From the human T2T-CHM13v2.0 reference genome, Homo sapiens, in NCBI RefSeq assembly GCF_009914755.1, contig NC_060937.1: a stretch of 64,000 nt of DNA. One strand, written 5' to 3'. Below the pieces are notes generated by a model, which was not told the origin of the DNA, searched no databases, and saw only the letters and a program-made list of their open reading frames with translations. A program made the translations under genes and the position numbers. Numbering within the stretch: the first letter of the stretch is position 1; every line of letters begins with the position of its first letter. Positions 1 to 15,455 of this stretch are shown piece by piece.

Positions 1-799
1 TGGTAAGTCCTAGTTCCCAAGACTTGAAGCCAGTATGTTTTTCCACTTTCAAGTATCCTTGACTGTAGAGACAAAAGGTATCCACTTAGAGATATTAACT
101 CATTAGCACTGCCTAAATTTGGGTTCCAGAAACACAACTTAATATGAAATCAATGGATGTGATAATCATTTGAAAGTAGCTTTATCAAAATCATCCGACA
201 GAACAAGTTACTTTTCTAATTAGCATCTTCAGTTAAATACCTAAATCTGATGAATAATAAGTTATGCATTATGCTAAATTGCATTGGCTCACTATTCTAG
301 AATGCTTTCAAATTAATTAAAAATGAGATATTCAGTAATGAGAAATATAAAAAGATAACCTATTTCAATCAGTTTAAGTTAGAATTTAACATTTCTTCAA
401 TACACTATTTTGTAGTCAATTGCAAGAGTAATAAAGCAAAATTATTGAGTCTTTAATAGTGACCATTCAAAATTCATAATGAATTATTAGAAAGAAAACT
501 AAGGTCCCTACCAACTTTCCACCTCACTTCAAACCATAGCCAAGGTCCTTACAACAGCAAGTAAGACTCCACACAATTCCCACTTCTTCACCTCTATTCT
601 GTTACTTCTGGAATCTTCTACTACTCCAAATTGTGTGTTTTGCTCCAGACTCAGCAGTTCTCACTATCTTGTTCTTCCAATTGCCATCTTCTCTGTGTGG
701 CCTTTCTTGACTCTCCAGTTAAAAATTACCCTATCAAAATTATCTGACCCCCATCCAGGATTACGTTTCACCATCTAACTTACGATACTTCACATATTT

Positions 800-930
800 A
801 TGTGGCTCATTGTCTGTTATCTGTCTCCCTAAGTTAGAATGCGAGCTTCATGATGGCAGACTTTTGGTCAATTTCCTTCACTCAATAATTCCTGACCCAA
901 AGTAAACACTTCATAAGTATTTTTTGAATA
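800..930. mobile_element. Degraded L2 (LINE-2) 3'-end fragment
   Basis: tgtctccctaagttagaatgcgagcttcatgatggcagact...cacttcataagtattttttgaata resembles the L2 3' terminus; recognised by eye only. Confidence 0.45.
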
Positions 931-2008
931 TACAAATATATAATACAAATTATCAAGGAGCTTATAAATAAGTAAAGACACAAACCAGCATTATAATGCA
1001 GTTTGAGAAATATCAATATTGTGGTATAGGAGGACGTATGTAAACTATTAGAAGCAACAGTTAAATAAGAAGCAATTCAGAAAGACACACAGTGTGGGTG
1101 ATATCTGAGTTAAAGGACAGAAAGTAAGAAGATAACCAGATGGAGAAAAGAGAGGAAGATCTTACAAACAAGCATCAGAAGTTACCATAAGAAAAGCAAG
1201 TACAAAATAATCGTAAGAAAAACAATTGCATCCCAATTATTATGACAAACATAATTAACTATGAAAACCCAAAACAGTTCATGCTTTGATAATGCTAAAG
1301 TTGATAAGTAGATTAAGATGTGATAGAACAATCTGTAAATCTTAGTGCTTCCTAACTTTTGAGAAAACATTTTTAGGCAAGATATGCTGATTTAAGGAAG
1401 AAAAGTTGTTAATGGATGAGGCATGTCCCTTAAAGACAAACACTATGAACACTGTTTACAGCCTTTATAATGCAAAGGTGCCAGGTTTTTTTTTTAAGTC
1501 CTTGGAATCTCAGTTGGCAACTTTGAAATTCATGTGTAATTCATGAGTTTTTTAAAAGAAATGTAATAAGTAACACAAGTGATTCTAGAGCTTGTCTTTA
1601 GGCTGAGGTAGATATTGGCATTATAAGTTGAAGTGTTAGAAAGGAACAATAAGAATTAAGAATAAGCAGTAATTTCTGCCAAGATCTGTGGCACCCAGTC
1701 TCACACATAAGGCTTTTTGGAATTTCTTGGTTTCCAAGGTTCAGGCTCTCATGCTTTAGTTTGTACATAAAGGACTTAAGTTATTCTTAAAGCACAGTTT
1801 TAGCACTTCATACCAGGAGATGGTTATGAGACTGATCACAGGATAAAGTGAAATAGGATGTGTGCCTGCTTGTAGAAGGAACCTCTTTCCTTCTGCCATT
1901 CTATTCCTACTTTTCTGGCAGGAAAGTCCTAGAAAACATTTCATATACAGATTAATTTTAAACAATTTACATTATATTTTACTATTATTCGCTTCTAGAA
2001 TATATCTA

Positions 2009-2328
2009 GGCTGGCCCTGGTGGCTCACACTTGAAATCCCAGCACTTTGGGAGACTGAAGTGGGTGGATCACCTGAACTCAGGAGTTTGAGACTAGCCTA
2101 GCCTAGCCAACATGGTAAAACCTAGTCTCTACTAAAAATCCAAAAATTAGCTGGGTGTGGTGATGCGTACCTGTAATCCCAGCTACTCGGGAGGCTGAGG
2201 GAGGAGAACCATTGAGCCTGGAAGGTGGAGGCGGCAGTGAGCCAAGATTGTGTCACTGAACTCCAGCCTGGGCAACAGAGCAAGACTCTGTCTCAAAAAA
2301 ACAACAAACAAACAAAGAAACAAAAAAA
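2009..2328 (+). mobile_element. Alu (AluS-like), full length
   Basis: ggctggccctggtggctcacacttgaaatcccagcactttggg head, ctctactaaaaat linker, gagcaagactctgtctc end and A-rich tail. Confidence 0.95.
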
Positions 2329-4744
2329 TCTTAGCTTATATATTTCTCACATCTGATCCTACCATTTTACTTCTTTTTTCCTGTTTATGCCAATTATTTC
2401 TATTCCTCTTTACATATAGGCAGAGAGATTTGACTAAAATGCGTCATAGACAAGGACATCTACTAAATTTACCTATTCTTCATGTTGAATTCCACAACAG
2501 ATTTCAAATACAACCAAAATCTCCAAATGAAATCTTAATTCTAAATTGAGTGCTTGTAGTCTTCAAATATGTTCAAATAGAACATCAAAGCTCAATAAAA
2601 ATAGTTATACCACTTGGGATGGTATTTAAAATATTTTTTCCTAAATAAATTCAGCTTCAGAGGATGAGAAAACCTTCATTAGGAGATGTATCTTAAAGGA
2701 CAAATTAAGTTAAATAAATGTGAAAGAAATCATACTTTATTATGTTGACTAGTAAGATACTTTGTGTTACTATTGTGAATTAATGCCATCCAAATATTGA
2801 GTGATGTAATTCAATTTAGTAAAAGAAAAAAGTCTAAATTATCAACTTCTTTCCTTATAAAAATGAAATATGCTATAACTTGCATTGTTTCCATGGCAAT
2901 GACCCTGATGATCAGAAAGAGAGGTTAAAACATAAAAACATTTAAAATCATCTAATCTAAATTATAAAAAAGAAATCCCTTTCTTCAGAAAAAATAATTT
3001 TTTAAGGAAGCACTCAAAAACAAATCTCTACTAGTAGATACACAGCATACACATCTCTTACTATCTCCCATGCAGACTGCATAAAAAGGCTTGCTGACTA
3101 CTTTTAAGAAAACAACATTCAGATGTCTGGAAAGTATCTGAAATGCATGATTAATCTACACAGATAATTTTCTCAAGAAACTAAATTTTGAAGACAAGTA
3201 ATTCAAAAGTATATTGTCTTTAAAGTAAATCCACTGGTATTCTTAAATTGCTGTAATACTTTCTCTGTTTACCTTATAGTGTGAACCTCTCAAGCTATGG
3301 GAATGCATGTAATCTCTAAGAATAGCTGACTTCTTTTGTAGGAAAAAGCTGTTAGAAATGACTGTTAGGATTTCAAATGTTTGGGAGTGTGTATTCATGT
3401 GGGTTTTATGTGTTGAATATTTGCATTTATAATTTTAAGATGCTTAAATCCAAAACTAAAATGACCCATGTAACATAATTCTGCCATAGGATAAATTAAA
3501 TTCAATTAAATTTTTCCATACAAATTATTATCTACCACAATGCAAAAATATTTATATATCATAAAGATGTAAGAAACACTGACTTCTGTAATACAGCAGA
3601 GTTCAATTTCACTGCTACTTAGCTTGATGATATTTTAAGGTCATGTCTCTTGGAATACACATTCAATATTCATTGCCAAATGTCTGAGCTCACCTCTCTT
3701 GAAGCCATATTCAATTATCAACTGAAAATAATTTACCAAGCAACCTCACAAAACACAAACTCTAGGTAGCATTAAGGTTTTTCAAAGTGATTATTCCTTA
3801 CTGGTAGTGATCCTAAGATATTAAAACTCATAGATCACATGATCTGAGATTTTCTAATTGAAAAGCTGTAGCTGTAAACCTTTAATTCAAAGTCGGATAC
3901 CACCTTCAGCTGTCAAAAGAATTACATAATCACTTAAATTTCTGGAATGAAAGAGAAAATGAAGAGAACAATAAAAGTAACTTTGAAATGCACTGGGAAA
4001 CAATTGGAAGGAACCAAATGGAGGCAAAGACAGAGAGAGGGCTGTTTATCTAACCTTTCCTTCTTGAGTAGGTTTTCTCTGATATCTCTAGAGAAAAATT
4101 GGACGTGTAACAATGAAATACAAAATACAAGATATTGTCTTGGTATAATTACTTGCAATGATTCCAAGATGGCAGAATTTGAGAACCTGCTAAATAGGAC
4201 AACAAAGTGATCTGCTTTTCCAAAATTTTGCCCCTTAACTTAAATATTATTTCATGGTGAAGATCAATAAAACTGAAAATTGGAATTGCCAGATATTATC
4301 AGATTTTATTTTTTGAATGCTTAATAGCTGACCCAAAATCTGGTCATAAAAATGGAAGTTAAATTAAATTGTCCTCAAAATTTAAGTTTGCTACATTTGT
4401 AAGCGCCACTTCCTTCTTCAAAATTTCAAACTTTCTCATATCTAGCAGCAACTTGAAATTAGCAATTTAAGCATGTAAATTCATCTTGGAAACCAAATTG
4501 ATTAAAATTGTATGTGTATTCATGATAATGTTTAAAATTTTTGCTACATTTAAACCCTAAGTTAGTTACAAAAACTCTAAAATTATGCTTGTTTAAAAAC
4601 TTGGGATAACTTGCTTTTGAAAACATACTGACATATTCATTCCATTCTTATAATTATTTTTGTATCACTCCCAAACAGCACACCATTGTATATGTCCCCA
4701 AAATGGCACTTCTTTGCTAAAGCCACTAAGACAGAAATACTTTT

Positions 4745-5010
4745 GAGCCAGATGCAATGGCTCATGCCTATAATCTCAGTACTTAGGGAGGCCTAGGTTA
4801 GAGGACTGCTTGAAGATAGGAGTTCGTGACCTGCCTGGGCAACATAGCAAGACCCAGTCTTTACAAATGAAATGAAAACAAAATATAAAATAAACGAGCT
4901 GGGCATAGTAGTGCACACCTGTGGTCATAGCTATCAGGAGGCTGAGATGAGAGGACCATATGAACCTAGGAGTTTGGGGCTGTGATGAGCTATGATTGCA
5001 CCACTGCACC
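4745..5010 (+). mobile_element. Alu (AluJ-like), 3'-truncated
   Basis: gagccagatgcaatggctcatgcctataatctcagtacttaggg head; similarity stops at ccactgcacc with no tail. Confidence 0.9.
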
Positions 5011-7872
5011 TCAGTCAGAACTACGGGTTGCTGAGTTAGAAATAAATTCTCAGTTCTGAATATAATAACTGCTCCTGACACTCCCCAGAATCCTGCAAAT
5101 GAGCTGGGTTTTCTGGTGCCTCTCTATAGTCCCTCTTTCTCAGGAAACACCCCCATGGTTTTCCCTGCTGTGCTATTAATTACACCCATGCTTATTATAT
5201 GTCAGTTCAGTTTTATCTAGATTCTCCCGAAGTCAGTGCTGAACTTAGTTGTTTGAAAATGTATATATTGTAACAGTTACCAAAAAGACAAAATACAGCT
5301 AGATATTTATGCTATTTGTTTCATTTCTATCGTAGGTATATTTCCTTTTAAAATTCATATGTATCTTTCTCTAAGGATTGTCTCCATTTTCAGATGTTAA
5401 ACACTTTCTCATGCACAAACCACCTAAGCAGCATAGACACAGAGTCCGTGTCAGGGAATGTTACATTCAGGATAGGCACCTATTATTCTGTAACTCAGAA
5501 GCAGGAAAATGGATGTCCTCAAGCAGATGCTTTTCTTGACAGATACAAAAAATTGACAAGGATCATTGACTTACTTCCAACCCACCATTCATCTCTTTTC
5601 TCTTATTTTGACCCTAAGGGTCCCAGAGGGATAATGGCCCTACATTGTTATTTAGAATTCAGATTTCAGACTGCATTTCTTATATCATTTTTTATAAGTA
5701 GTGGTTGCACACAGTTGAGACAATACTATGATATTAATCTACATTCCTCGTTAAATTGATTTTTTTGTCTTCTATTTTTTTAGCTTAGGTACAATTTCTC
5801 ACACGGTTTCTCAGGAAGGAACATTGGGATTTCCCAATGACTTAAACATTTAGAACATAGTCTATTCATATATATGAAGAGCTTGTGTAGAAAGTATAAT
5901 TTACTTATACTATTACGCTTAAGAAATTATGTGAAATAATGTGAAAATAATCTTATAACATTTGCATGCATATTTGCCGCAAGAGTCATACTTCATTGAT
6001 ACTTAATCATAATCTTGGACATTGCGGGTTCCAATAACCAATATTTAATGCAAGACTGTAAACTTACTAGAGAGAAAACCTTATTTATAAATTTTCATGT
6101 ATTCTTTTCTTGACAATAATAATGAGCTATGAGATTTGTATTTTAAGATACTTAGTAATAAAAAGTTTAATTTTTAAAACTTTTATTTTTAAATTCTGCT
6201 TAATTGCATAAAAGTTAAAAGGTAATATTTAATATTTAATGAGGCTTATTGATCTAAATGATGATATGCAGCTTGGGTTATACTTGCAATTATAAGATTT
6301 GCTCATTACACCTAAGCAATCTCCTTCACTCAATCTAGCTACCACAAAGGAAGCAAAATTCCCTGAATGATAATATCAAAGCATTCCATTATGTTTTCTA
6401 TTAAGGTGTTTTGTTCTTTGAATCAATGTCTATTTTAATTTATCCTTTTAGAAAGAAAACAAATTACTTAACTTGCATTTCCCACTAGAAGCTTCACTGC
6501 AGCTAGACTTGGAATTGATTTCAGGCCATTTTTTAATAAATGATGGTCCCCAGTGAAGGATAGAATATTTGAGCAATCAATACTGAGTAAATAAAAGGGT
6601 TTTTTGGGTAAATAAGAGAGAAGATACCTATTTTTTTCAAATATTTTAAATATCTAATAACCTATTCCTCATCTAAAACAAGCCACAATTACTGGAAATG
6701 ATGGTCAGAGGAAGGTTTTATCAACCCTGTGTAATACTACACGTCATGTTGGATCACTATTACAGAGAAACAGTTGTCATGCTGCATTGTAATAACTCTA
6801 CACATTACCAGAGAAATAAACAACTCTATAGCCACAGAAATCCAACATAGCTACTGTCTACATATTCTTGTTTTAGACCTTTGGTGAAAATACTATGTGT
6901 ATTAAATATATTTTACATTAGTTTTATCACAAAAAATAAAAATGAGAATTCTATTAAATGCTAATATAAACTCTGGCATGAAAGAAAAATTAAAATCAAA
7001 GCTGATCTTAATTAACAAAGTGTATTATCTGCTTACATGTATATACAACTATTCATATACAAAGGCACACATGCACTTGTGGTTTTGAAAAATATCTATT
7101 TCATTTCAAAAATTCATTGAACAATATTACATATGGCAAGAAAACTGCCCTTTTTGAAGGATCTTTTAAAAAGTGTTAAACTTTATTAGATACTTCAAAC
7201 TAGCAAAGCTCAACTTCATCACAATTATATAATAACACTGCACGCTTTCAATTTTATCTCTAGAAATATACCTATCCCTTGAAATAAACTCTGTGAACTT
7301 CTTGCTCACAGATTTCATTTCAAGCCTTGAAAATGCAGAAAATCAATGCCAAATATACTTGACCCAAGAGGAAAAGAAAATTTCAGGGGTGTCAGGATGT
7401 TTTATCACATAAAATACAGAATTGCAATTTGTATCTGAGCAGGCAACACACCTCCAAAAATAATACAATACTTATCACAAAATACATTCACAGATACTAG
7501 ATTTGGCACAAACCACTCCATACAGCTATTGATCAAGTCAATATTGAAAGCCTTATTACAAAATCTATGGCCCTTTTCTACTCTCCAACAGACATTTCAG
7601 GATGCCACAAACTTGCAGCTCCACTCTATCATTAATTTCCCCTAAATACGCTTGGCAGAAGAATGAGAAACGTCACGTTTTTTCATTTAATTTCTAAAGA
7701 ACATCACATCCTTTAAGAATAGGTTCTTGAAATTTTAAAATGTAAAACATAAAAACCCTAAAGAAAAGAAACAAACATCCAAAAACTTTTCTTCAAAATC
7801 ACAACAACTTTATATGCTATGTGTTCTTGTAAAATACCACACACACAAACTCACATGCATACCCACCCCCCC

Positions 7873-7875
<3 letters not shown>

Positions 7876-7907
<32 letters not shown>
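7876..7907. repeat. (CA)n microsatellite
   Basis: Run of ac dinucleotides seen directly. Confidence 0.97.
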
Positions 7908-7909
<2 letters not shown>

Positions 7910-7934
7910 AGCCTCATAATACCATATATATATA

Positions 7935-8068
7935 TTGACGTTTAAGCAATTTGTTGTAATCTTCTGCCAGGTTTTTGTTACAGGGTATTGTAATGCCTCT
8001 ACACCAGTTAAATTGAAATAGAGTTAGGTGTGAGTAAATGCATCAAAATTGAAGCCATCTTTCCGAAA
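7935..8068 (+). repeat. Left arm of a 134-bp inverted repeat
   Basis: ttgacgtttaagcaatttgttg...catctttccgaaa is the reverse complement of 9694-9827 with 4 mismatches and no gaps (compared by hand). Confidence 0.97.
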
Positions 8069-8115
8069 AATGCAGCATGACAACTGTTTCTCTGTAATAG
8101 TGATATACATATCTG

Positions 8116-8118
<3 letters not shown>

Positions 8119-8174
<56 letters not shown>

Positions 8175-9638
8175 TTCATATATATATTCATACACATATA
8201 TTCATATATATATATTCATACACATATATTCATATATATATATTCATATATATACATATATATTCATATATATTCATATATATATTCATATATATATACA
8301 TATATATTCATATATATTCATATATATATACATATATATATTCATATATATATACATATATATATTCATATATATATACATATATATATTCATATATATA
8401 TACATATATATATTCATATATATATTCATATATATATTCATATATATATATTCATATATATATTCATATATATATATTCATATATATATTCATATATATA
8501 TTCATATATATATTCATATATATATATTCATATATATATTCATATATATATATTCATATATATATTCATATATATATATTCATATATATATTCATATATA
8601 TATATTCATATATATATTCATATATATATATTCATATATATATTCATATATATATATTCATATATATATTCATATATATATATTCATATATATATTCATA
8701 TATATATATTCATATATATATTCATATATATATATTCATATATATATTCATATATATATATTCATATATATATTCATATATATATTCATATATATATTCA
8801 TATATATATTCATATATATATTCATATATATTCATATATATATATTCATATATATATTCATATATATTCATATATATATATTCATATATATATTCATATA
8901 TATATATTCATATATATATTCATATATATATATTCATATATATATTCATATATATATATTCATATATATATTCATATATATATTCATATATATATATTCA
9001 TATATATATTCATATATATATTCATATATATTCATATATATATTCATATATATATTCATATATATATTCATATATATATTCATATACGTATATTCATATA
9101 TATATTCATATATATATTCATATATATATATTCATATACATATATTCATATATATATATTCATATACATATATTCATATATATATATATTCATATACATA
9201 TATTCATATACATATATTCATATACATATATTCATATATATATTCATATATATATATTCATATATATATATTCATATATATATTCATATATATATATTCA
9301 TATATATATATGCATATATATATATATTTATATATATATTCATATATATATATTCATATATATATATTCATATATATATATATTCATATATATATTCATA
9401 TATATATATTCATATATATATTCATATATATATTCATATATATATTCATATATATATTCATATATATACATATATATATTCATATATATATTCATATATA
9501 TATTCATATATATATATTCATATATATATATTCATATATATATATTCATATATATATATTCATATATATATATTCATATATATATATTCATATATATATA
9601 TTCATATATATATATTCATATATATATATTCATATATA
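8119..9638. repeat. AT-rich tandem array: (TA)n followed by [(TA)k TTCA]n, unit about 10-16 bp
   Basis: Seen directly; it explains the spurious I/Y/H/S-rich ORFs 8049..9641 and 8116..9669. Confidence 0.98.
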
Positions 9639-9693
9639 TGAATTCCAACAGAATTCCATATATATATAATGAATTCCAACAGAAAAAAGCCAA

Positions 9694-9827
9694 TTTCGGA
9701 AAGATAGCCTCAATTTTGATGCATTTACTCACACCTAACTCTATTTCAATTTAACTGGTGCAGAGGCATTACAATACCCTGTAACAAAAACCTGGCGGAA
9801 GATTACAACAAATTGCTTAAACGTCAA
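9694..9827 (-). repeat. Right arm of the 134-bp inverted repeat
   Basis: tttcggaaagatagcctc...ttgcttaaacgtcaa is the reverse complement of 7935-8068. Confidence 0.97.
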
Positions 9828-9905
9828 ACCAAAGACTCACATAATTTCATCATAAAGTGAAATTTGCATCCAACTCTCAAAGAATTAGAACATCCTTGCA
9901 CTTAC

Positions 9906-10027
9906 CTTGGCCTTGTCCATTCCCCTGATGACCCCAAAAGACCACAGTCATCATCAACAGTCCCGGAGCCCACGTCCACATCCTTCTAGTGACACTTTCA
10001 TGTCTTCTGGCCATTGCATCTTAAACT
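9906..10027 (-). pseudogene. ROBO2: Duplicated ROBO2 isoform-a first coding exon (signal peptide); unprocessed gene fragment
   Basis: Minus strand: atatgcag|agtttaagatgca ATG(10014)...CAAG|gtaag. The 109 coding nt translate to MARRHESVTRRMWTWAPGLLMMTVVFWGHQGNGQGQ(G), matching my recollection of ROBO2a MARRHERVTRRMWTWAPGLLMMTVVFWGHQGNGQGQG at all but one residue. Both splice sites intact. Too short for the ORF track. Paralog status is inferred from the mosaic context. Confidence 0.9.
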
Positions 10028-11479
10028 CTGCATATTCAGTGGGGTGGATGTGAAAGTACAATAAATTACATTCTTAGAGAAATATACTACGACTCAAATC
10101 CCATATCTAATATGCACTTTGCATTTCTGAATTATCCTGCTTACAAGGAGGTACATTTGAAAATCATGCTTCCCTTTAGGATTGTCATATTGATGATTAA
10201 TATGAAAGCTCATTCATCTTTAATCTTTATTCTAAGCATTCATCTGAATTACATTTTTAATATCATTTTCCAAAACAGGCCATTTAACCTATGAATGTTA
10301 AAAAGTACTCCCAATATACATATTGGAGTTCAGTCAAGCAAAAAAATTGTGTATGGACAGTACTTAAGTATAACTTGATATTTAGGCAAATTGATGAATT
10401 TAACATACCATGTAATCTCTACATATATACAAAAGGACTTTTCAACACACTTATGTAAGTTTAGCATAAATACCCTTGAAAATATTCTCAAGTTTTAAGT
10501 GGTATTCTAATTATGGCAGTAATTAACTGAATAAAGAGATTCATCATGTGCAAAAACTAATCTTGTTTACTTAAAATTGAGAGTAAAATTAATTATAGAA
10601 GTTACAAAACACTTGTAATTTTGGTTTCAGATATATAACCCACAGGACTTTCATATATACAAACATTATATATGACAATGTATATTTGAATGTTCATTTT
10701 GAAACTGCTTTTCATACTGACACATGAAAATACTTAAATGTCCACCAAAGCAAGGTTATTTATTCATACATTTGAATGATATACAGTAGCTCAAAAGAAT
10801 AAACTTGAGTTGCATGTACTAATATGGATGTGTCAAAAATGAATAGTGAAGCAAAACTAGCAAATTGAATAATAAGTTCAAAACTATACCTTTCATATGT
10901 AAACATGTACAATAGTTAAAACTATACATTTTATGTTGCATAAATATATAATACAGTATAATAGCGCATAAGAATGATAAACACCTTCAAGACCAAAGTT
11001 AGGAAATTACAAGACTACAATTTAAATGATTAACAGGTGGAATTTTAAATCAGAGGTTACTCCTAAATCCCAATTTTTCCACAGTTGACAAAATACGGAG
11101 TTAAGAAAAGTAAATTTAATGATTTCCAGAATGAATGCTTTATTCAAAATGCTACATAATTACAATTCTAATAAACTTGCAAGGGAATCCAGTTACCCAG
11201 AAGTTTTCTTTCTCCCTTTCTCCTACATCACGAAAGGGGAAGATTTAATTACCAACTTTGCATTACTTAACTTCAGACTCATAGTATCAGAGCTAAAGAG
11301 AAATGTAAGAAACACCTAACTCAACCTTTCCATTTTAAATGACCAAATGATTTGAGAAGGTTACAATGACATTTCTAAGTTCATATGTAAAAACAGAATT
11401 TTGATGACAATGACAGTTTAAGTACTAATAAACACTCCATGAAAAGTTACTGTAATCCAGGTTATTTTACTGTGCTAAA

Positions 11480-11660
11480 TGCCTTACATTCTTTACCCAG
11501 TTTGGTTTTCACAGAAATCCTATGAACAAAGCACTTTCAAAATTTACCACTTCACAGCTAAGAAAAACAAGGCTTAGAGAAATGCTACACGATCCCCTAG
11601 TCATGAGGTTAGTAGGTACTATTGTGGAGACTGAGGCAAAACAGGATGATTTCAATGCCT
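11480..11660 (+). mobile_element. MIR fragment
   Basis: cacagaaatcctatgaac...ccacttcacagctaagaaaaacaaggcttagaga resembles the MIR core. Confidence 0.5.
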
Positions 11661-11990
11661 ATGCTCTGAACAAGTAAACACTAAGCAGGAATTTAGTTCT
11701 AGATCTCCCAATTGTAATCCAATAATCAGCCAAAAAATGATTCTGAGGGGAAAAAAAGATGTCTTGTGTACGGAGCCTCAAGTATTTGATCCCAAATACA
11801 TCTTCAAATTGAAAATCATTCGAGCATAAGGCAATAGAATTACTGTTTCTAAAATCATCAACCTTTCCCAAGTTGAACATACAAGTATATTTTATCATAC
11901 ATATACTATATGTATGTATAACGTGTGTTTATATAAGTATTCCTGTGGTTTATATATCTGGACTTGGAATCAGAAGTATTTTGTGATATA

Positions 11991-12263
11991 TTTATTTATT
12001 TTTTAAAGTCTCCCTCTTTTGCTCTGGCAGGAGTGTAGTGGTGTGATCATAGCTCACAGCAGACTCCAACTCCTAGGCTCAAGCGATACTTTTGCCTCGG
12101 CCTCTCAAGTGGCTAGGACTACAGGCACGGACCACCATACCCAGCTAATTTTTTTATAGAGATGGGGTCCCACTGTGTTGCTTGACTGGTCTCAAACTCC
12201 TTAGGTCAAGGGATCCTCACACCTAGACTTCCAAAAGCAATGAGATTACAGGTGTGAGCCACC
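11991..12263 (-). mobile_element. Alu (AluJ-like)
   Basis: gtgatcatagctcacagcagactccaactcctaggctcaagcgat...gattacaggtgtgagccacc. Confidence 0.9.
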
Positions 12264-12385
12264 TTGTGTTTTTTGATTTCTTCCATTAATTCTACTTTTA
12301 AATTTAATTACACAAGATTAATTTTGTATACATAATGAATCTCTTTTGAGGTTTAAATTACTGATATAATTAGAGTAACACTTAA

Positions 12386-12464
12386 CATGACTGTAATCCC
12401 AGCACTTTGGGAAGCCGAGGCGGGTGGATCACCTGAGGTGAGGCATGAGCCACCGTGCCCGGCC
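12386..12464. mobile_element. Two short Alu head fragments fused in opposite orientation
   Basis: 12386-12439 is Alu ~nt 18-71 on + (catgactgtaatcccagcactttgg...cacctgaggt); 12441-12464 is Alu nt 1-24 on - (aggcatgagccaccgtgcccggcc). Confidence 0.88.
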
Positions 12465-13443
12465 TATATACATTCTTTTAACTACTACTTGCAGATATTT
12501 GTTCCCTTATAATTATAGGGGAACCACTTTCACTTAGTATCAAAATATCCAGATCCACTCATCAAAGTGTAAATAATCCTTGAGTAAATTACTTTTGCAA
12601 ATTTATTTTTATGTAATATTTACTTAACTTCCTCTTACCTACATCCAGTAGTCAATTTAAAAGGCAGAATTTTTACTATTTTATATAGAACTGAGGCAGT
12701 ATTTGAAAAAAATCTCAAAACACTCTTCAGGAAGGACTGGCATCTAAAACACCAGTTCCAATACATATTTTAGTAACATTTTAATGGACAGATGGTTTTC
12801 AAAATGTTATTATAATTAAAAAAAAACCTTCCTCTGAGTTGATGTTTATGGAAAACTAATATTTCATAAATGCCAAGTTACTATGATGTATTATCTGAAT
12901 GCTGCCCCTGCCATTCTATAAATATAAAAATCATAGCCTTCTAGCTAACTTTGGTATTAGTCAACAGTTGTGCTGATGAAAAGTAAAATCAATTCATTTA
13001 AAAAAAATTTTCATGAAAGAAAAAACAAGTAACTTGTAAGAAGCATGGTAGATGAACCAAAAAATAAAGTAAGATTAACCATAAAGACATGCCATGGACT
13101 TCTCTTTTTTTGGAACACCCTTTTCATGCATATGAGAATAAAAATTAAATATTAAATACCTACTTTATGTATGTACTTTTACTTGTACCTATTGCTCTTT
13201 AAAGATTAAAATAACTCCTAAAGCCTGGATAGTTGAGCCCATTGTGCTCTTCTGCCCATAAAATTGCTAAGCTGTGAATGGAAGTCCACATTAACAATAT
13301 GAAGATGTTCATCTCTGTTTTTGCAAGTTAAAGGAAAGAAGTTTGTTTTAATCTAACCAGATAGAAATGAGGCTGGACACGTTTAAAAAAATAAGCCCCA
13401 AAGCAAATGCTATCAAATGCAGAATAGAGAGAAGAAATCCTTA

Positions 13444-15320
<1,877 letters not shown>

Positions 15321-15455
15321 TAGTGGAGATGGGGTGGAAGGCGGCACAGCTTGGCATTGCTGGAGTGTGATGTGATAGGAAAAGTGCAGCCGAAGACAAA
15401 AAAAGATGTAAGTAGGCTTGACTCAGTGCAGCTAAGAACCTAGATGTTATCTTGA
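15321..15455 (+). repeat. Array-linked ~135-bp flank, copy 1
   Basis: tagtggagatggggtggaagg...gtaagtaggcttgactcagtgcagctaagaacctagatgttatcttga recurs at 47909-48044. Confidence 0.95.

Noticed and set aside
8049-9669. 530-aa and 517-aa ORFs
   Set aside because: Translations of the AT-rich tandem array, which lacks stops in these frames; I/Y/H/S/F only.
7935-9827. MITE or DNA transposon with 134-bp TIRs
   Set aside because: No TSD, no recognisable TIR end motif and no transposase; kept only as an inverted repeat.
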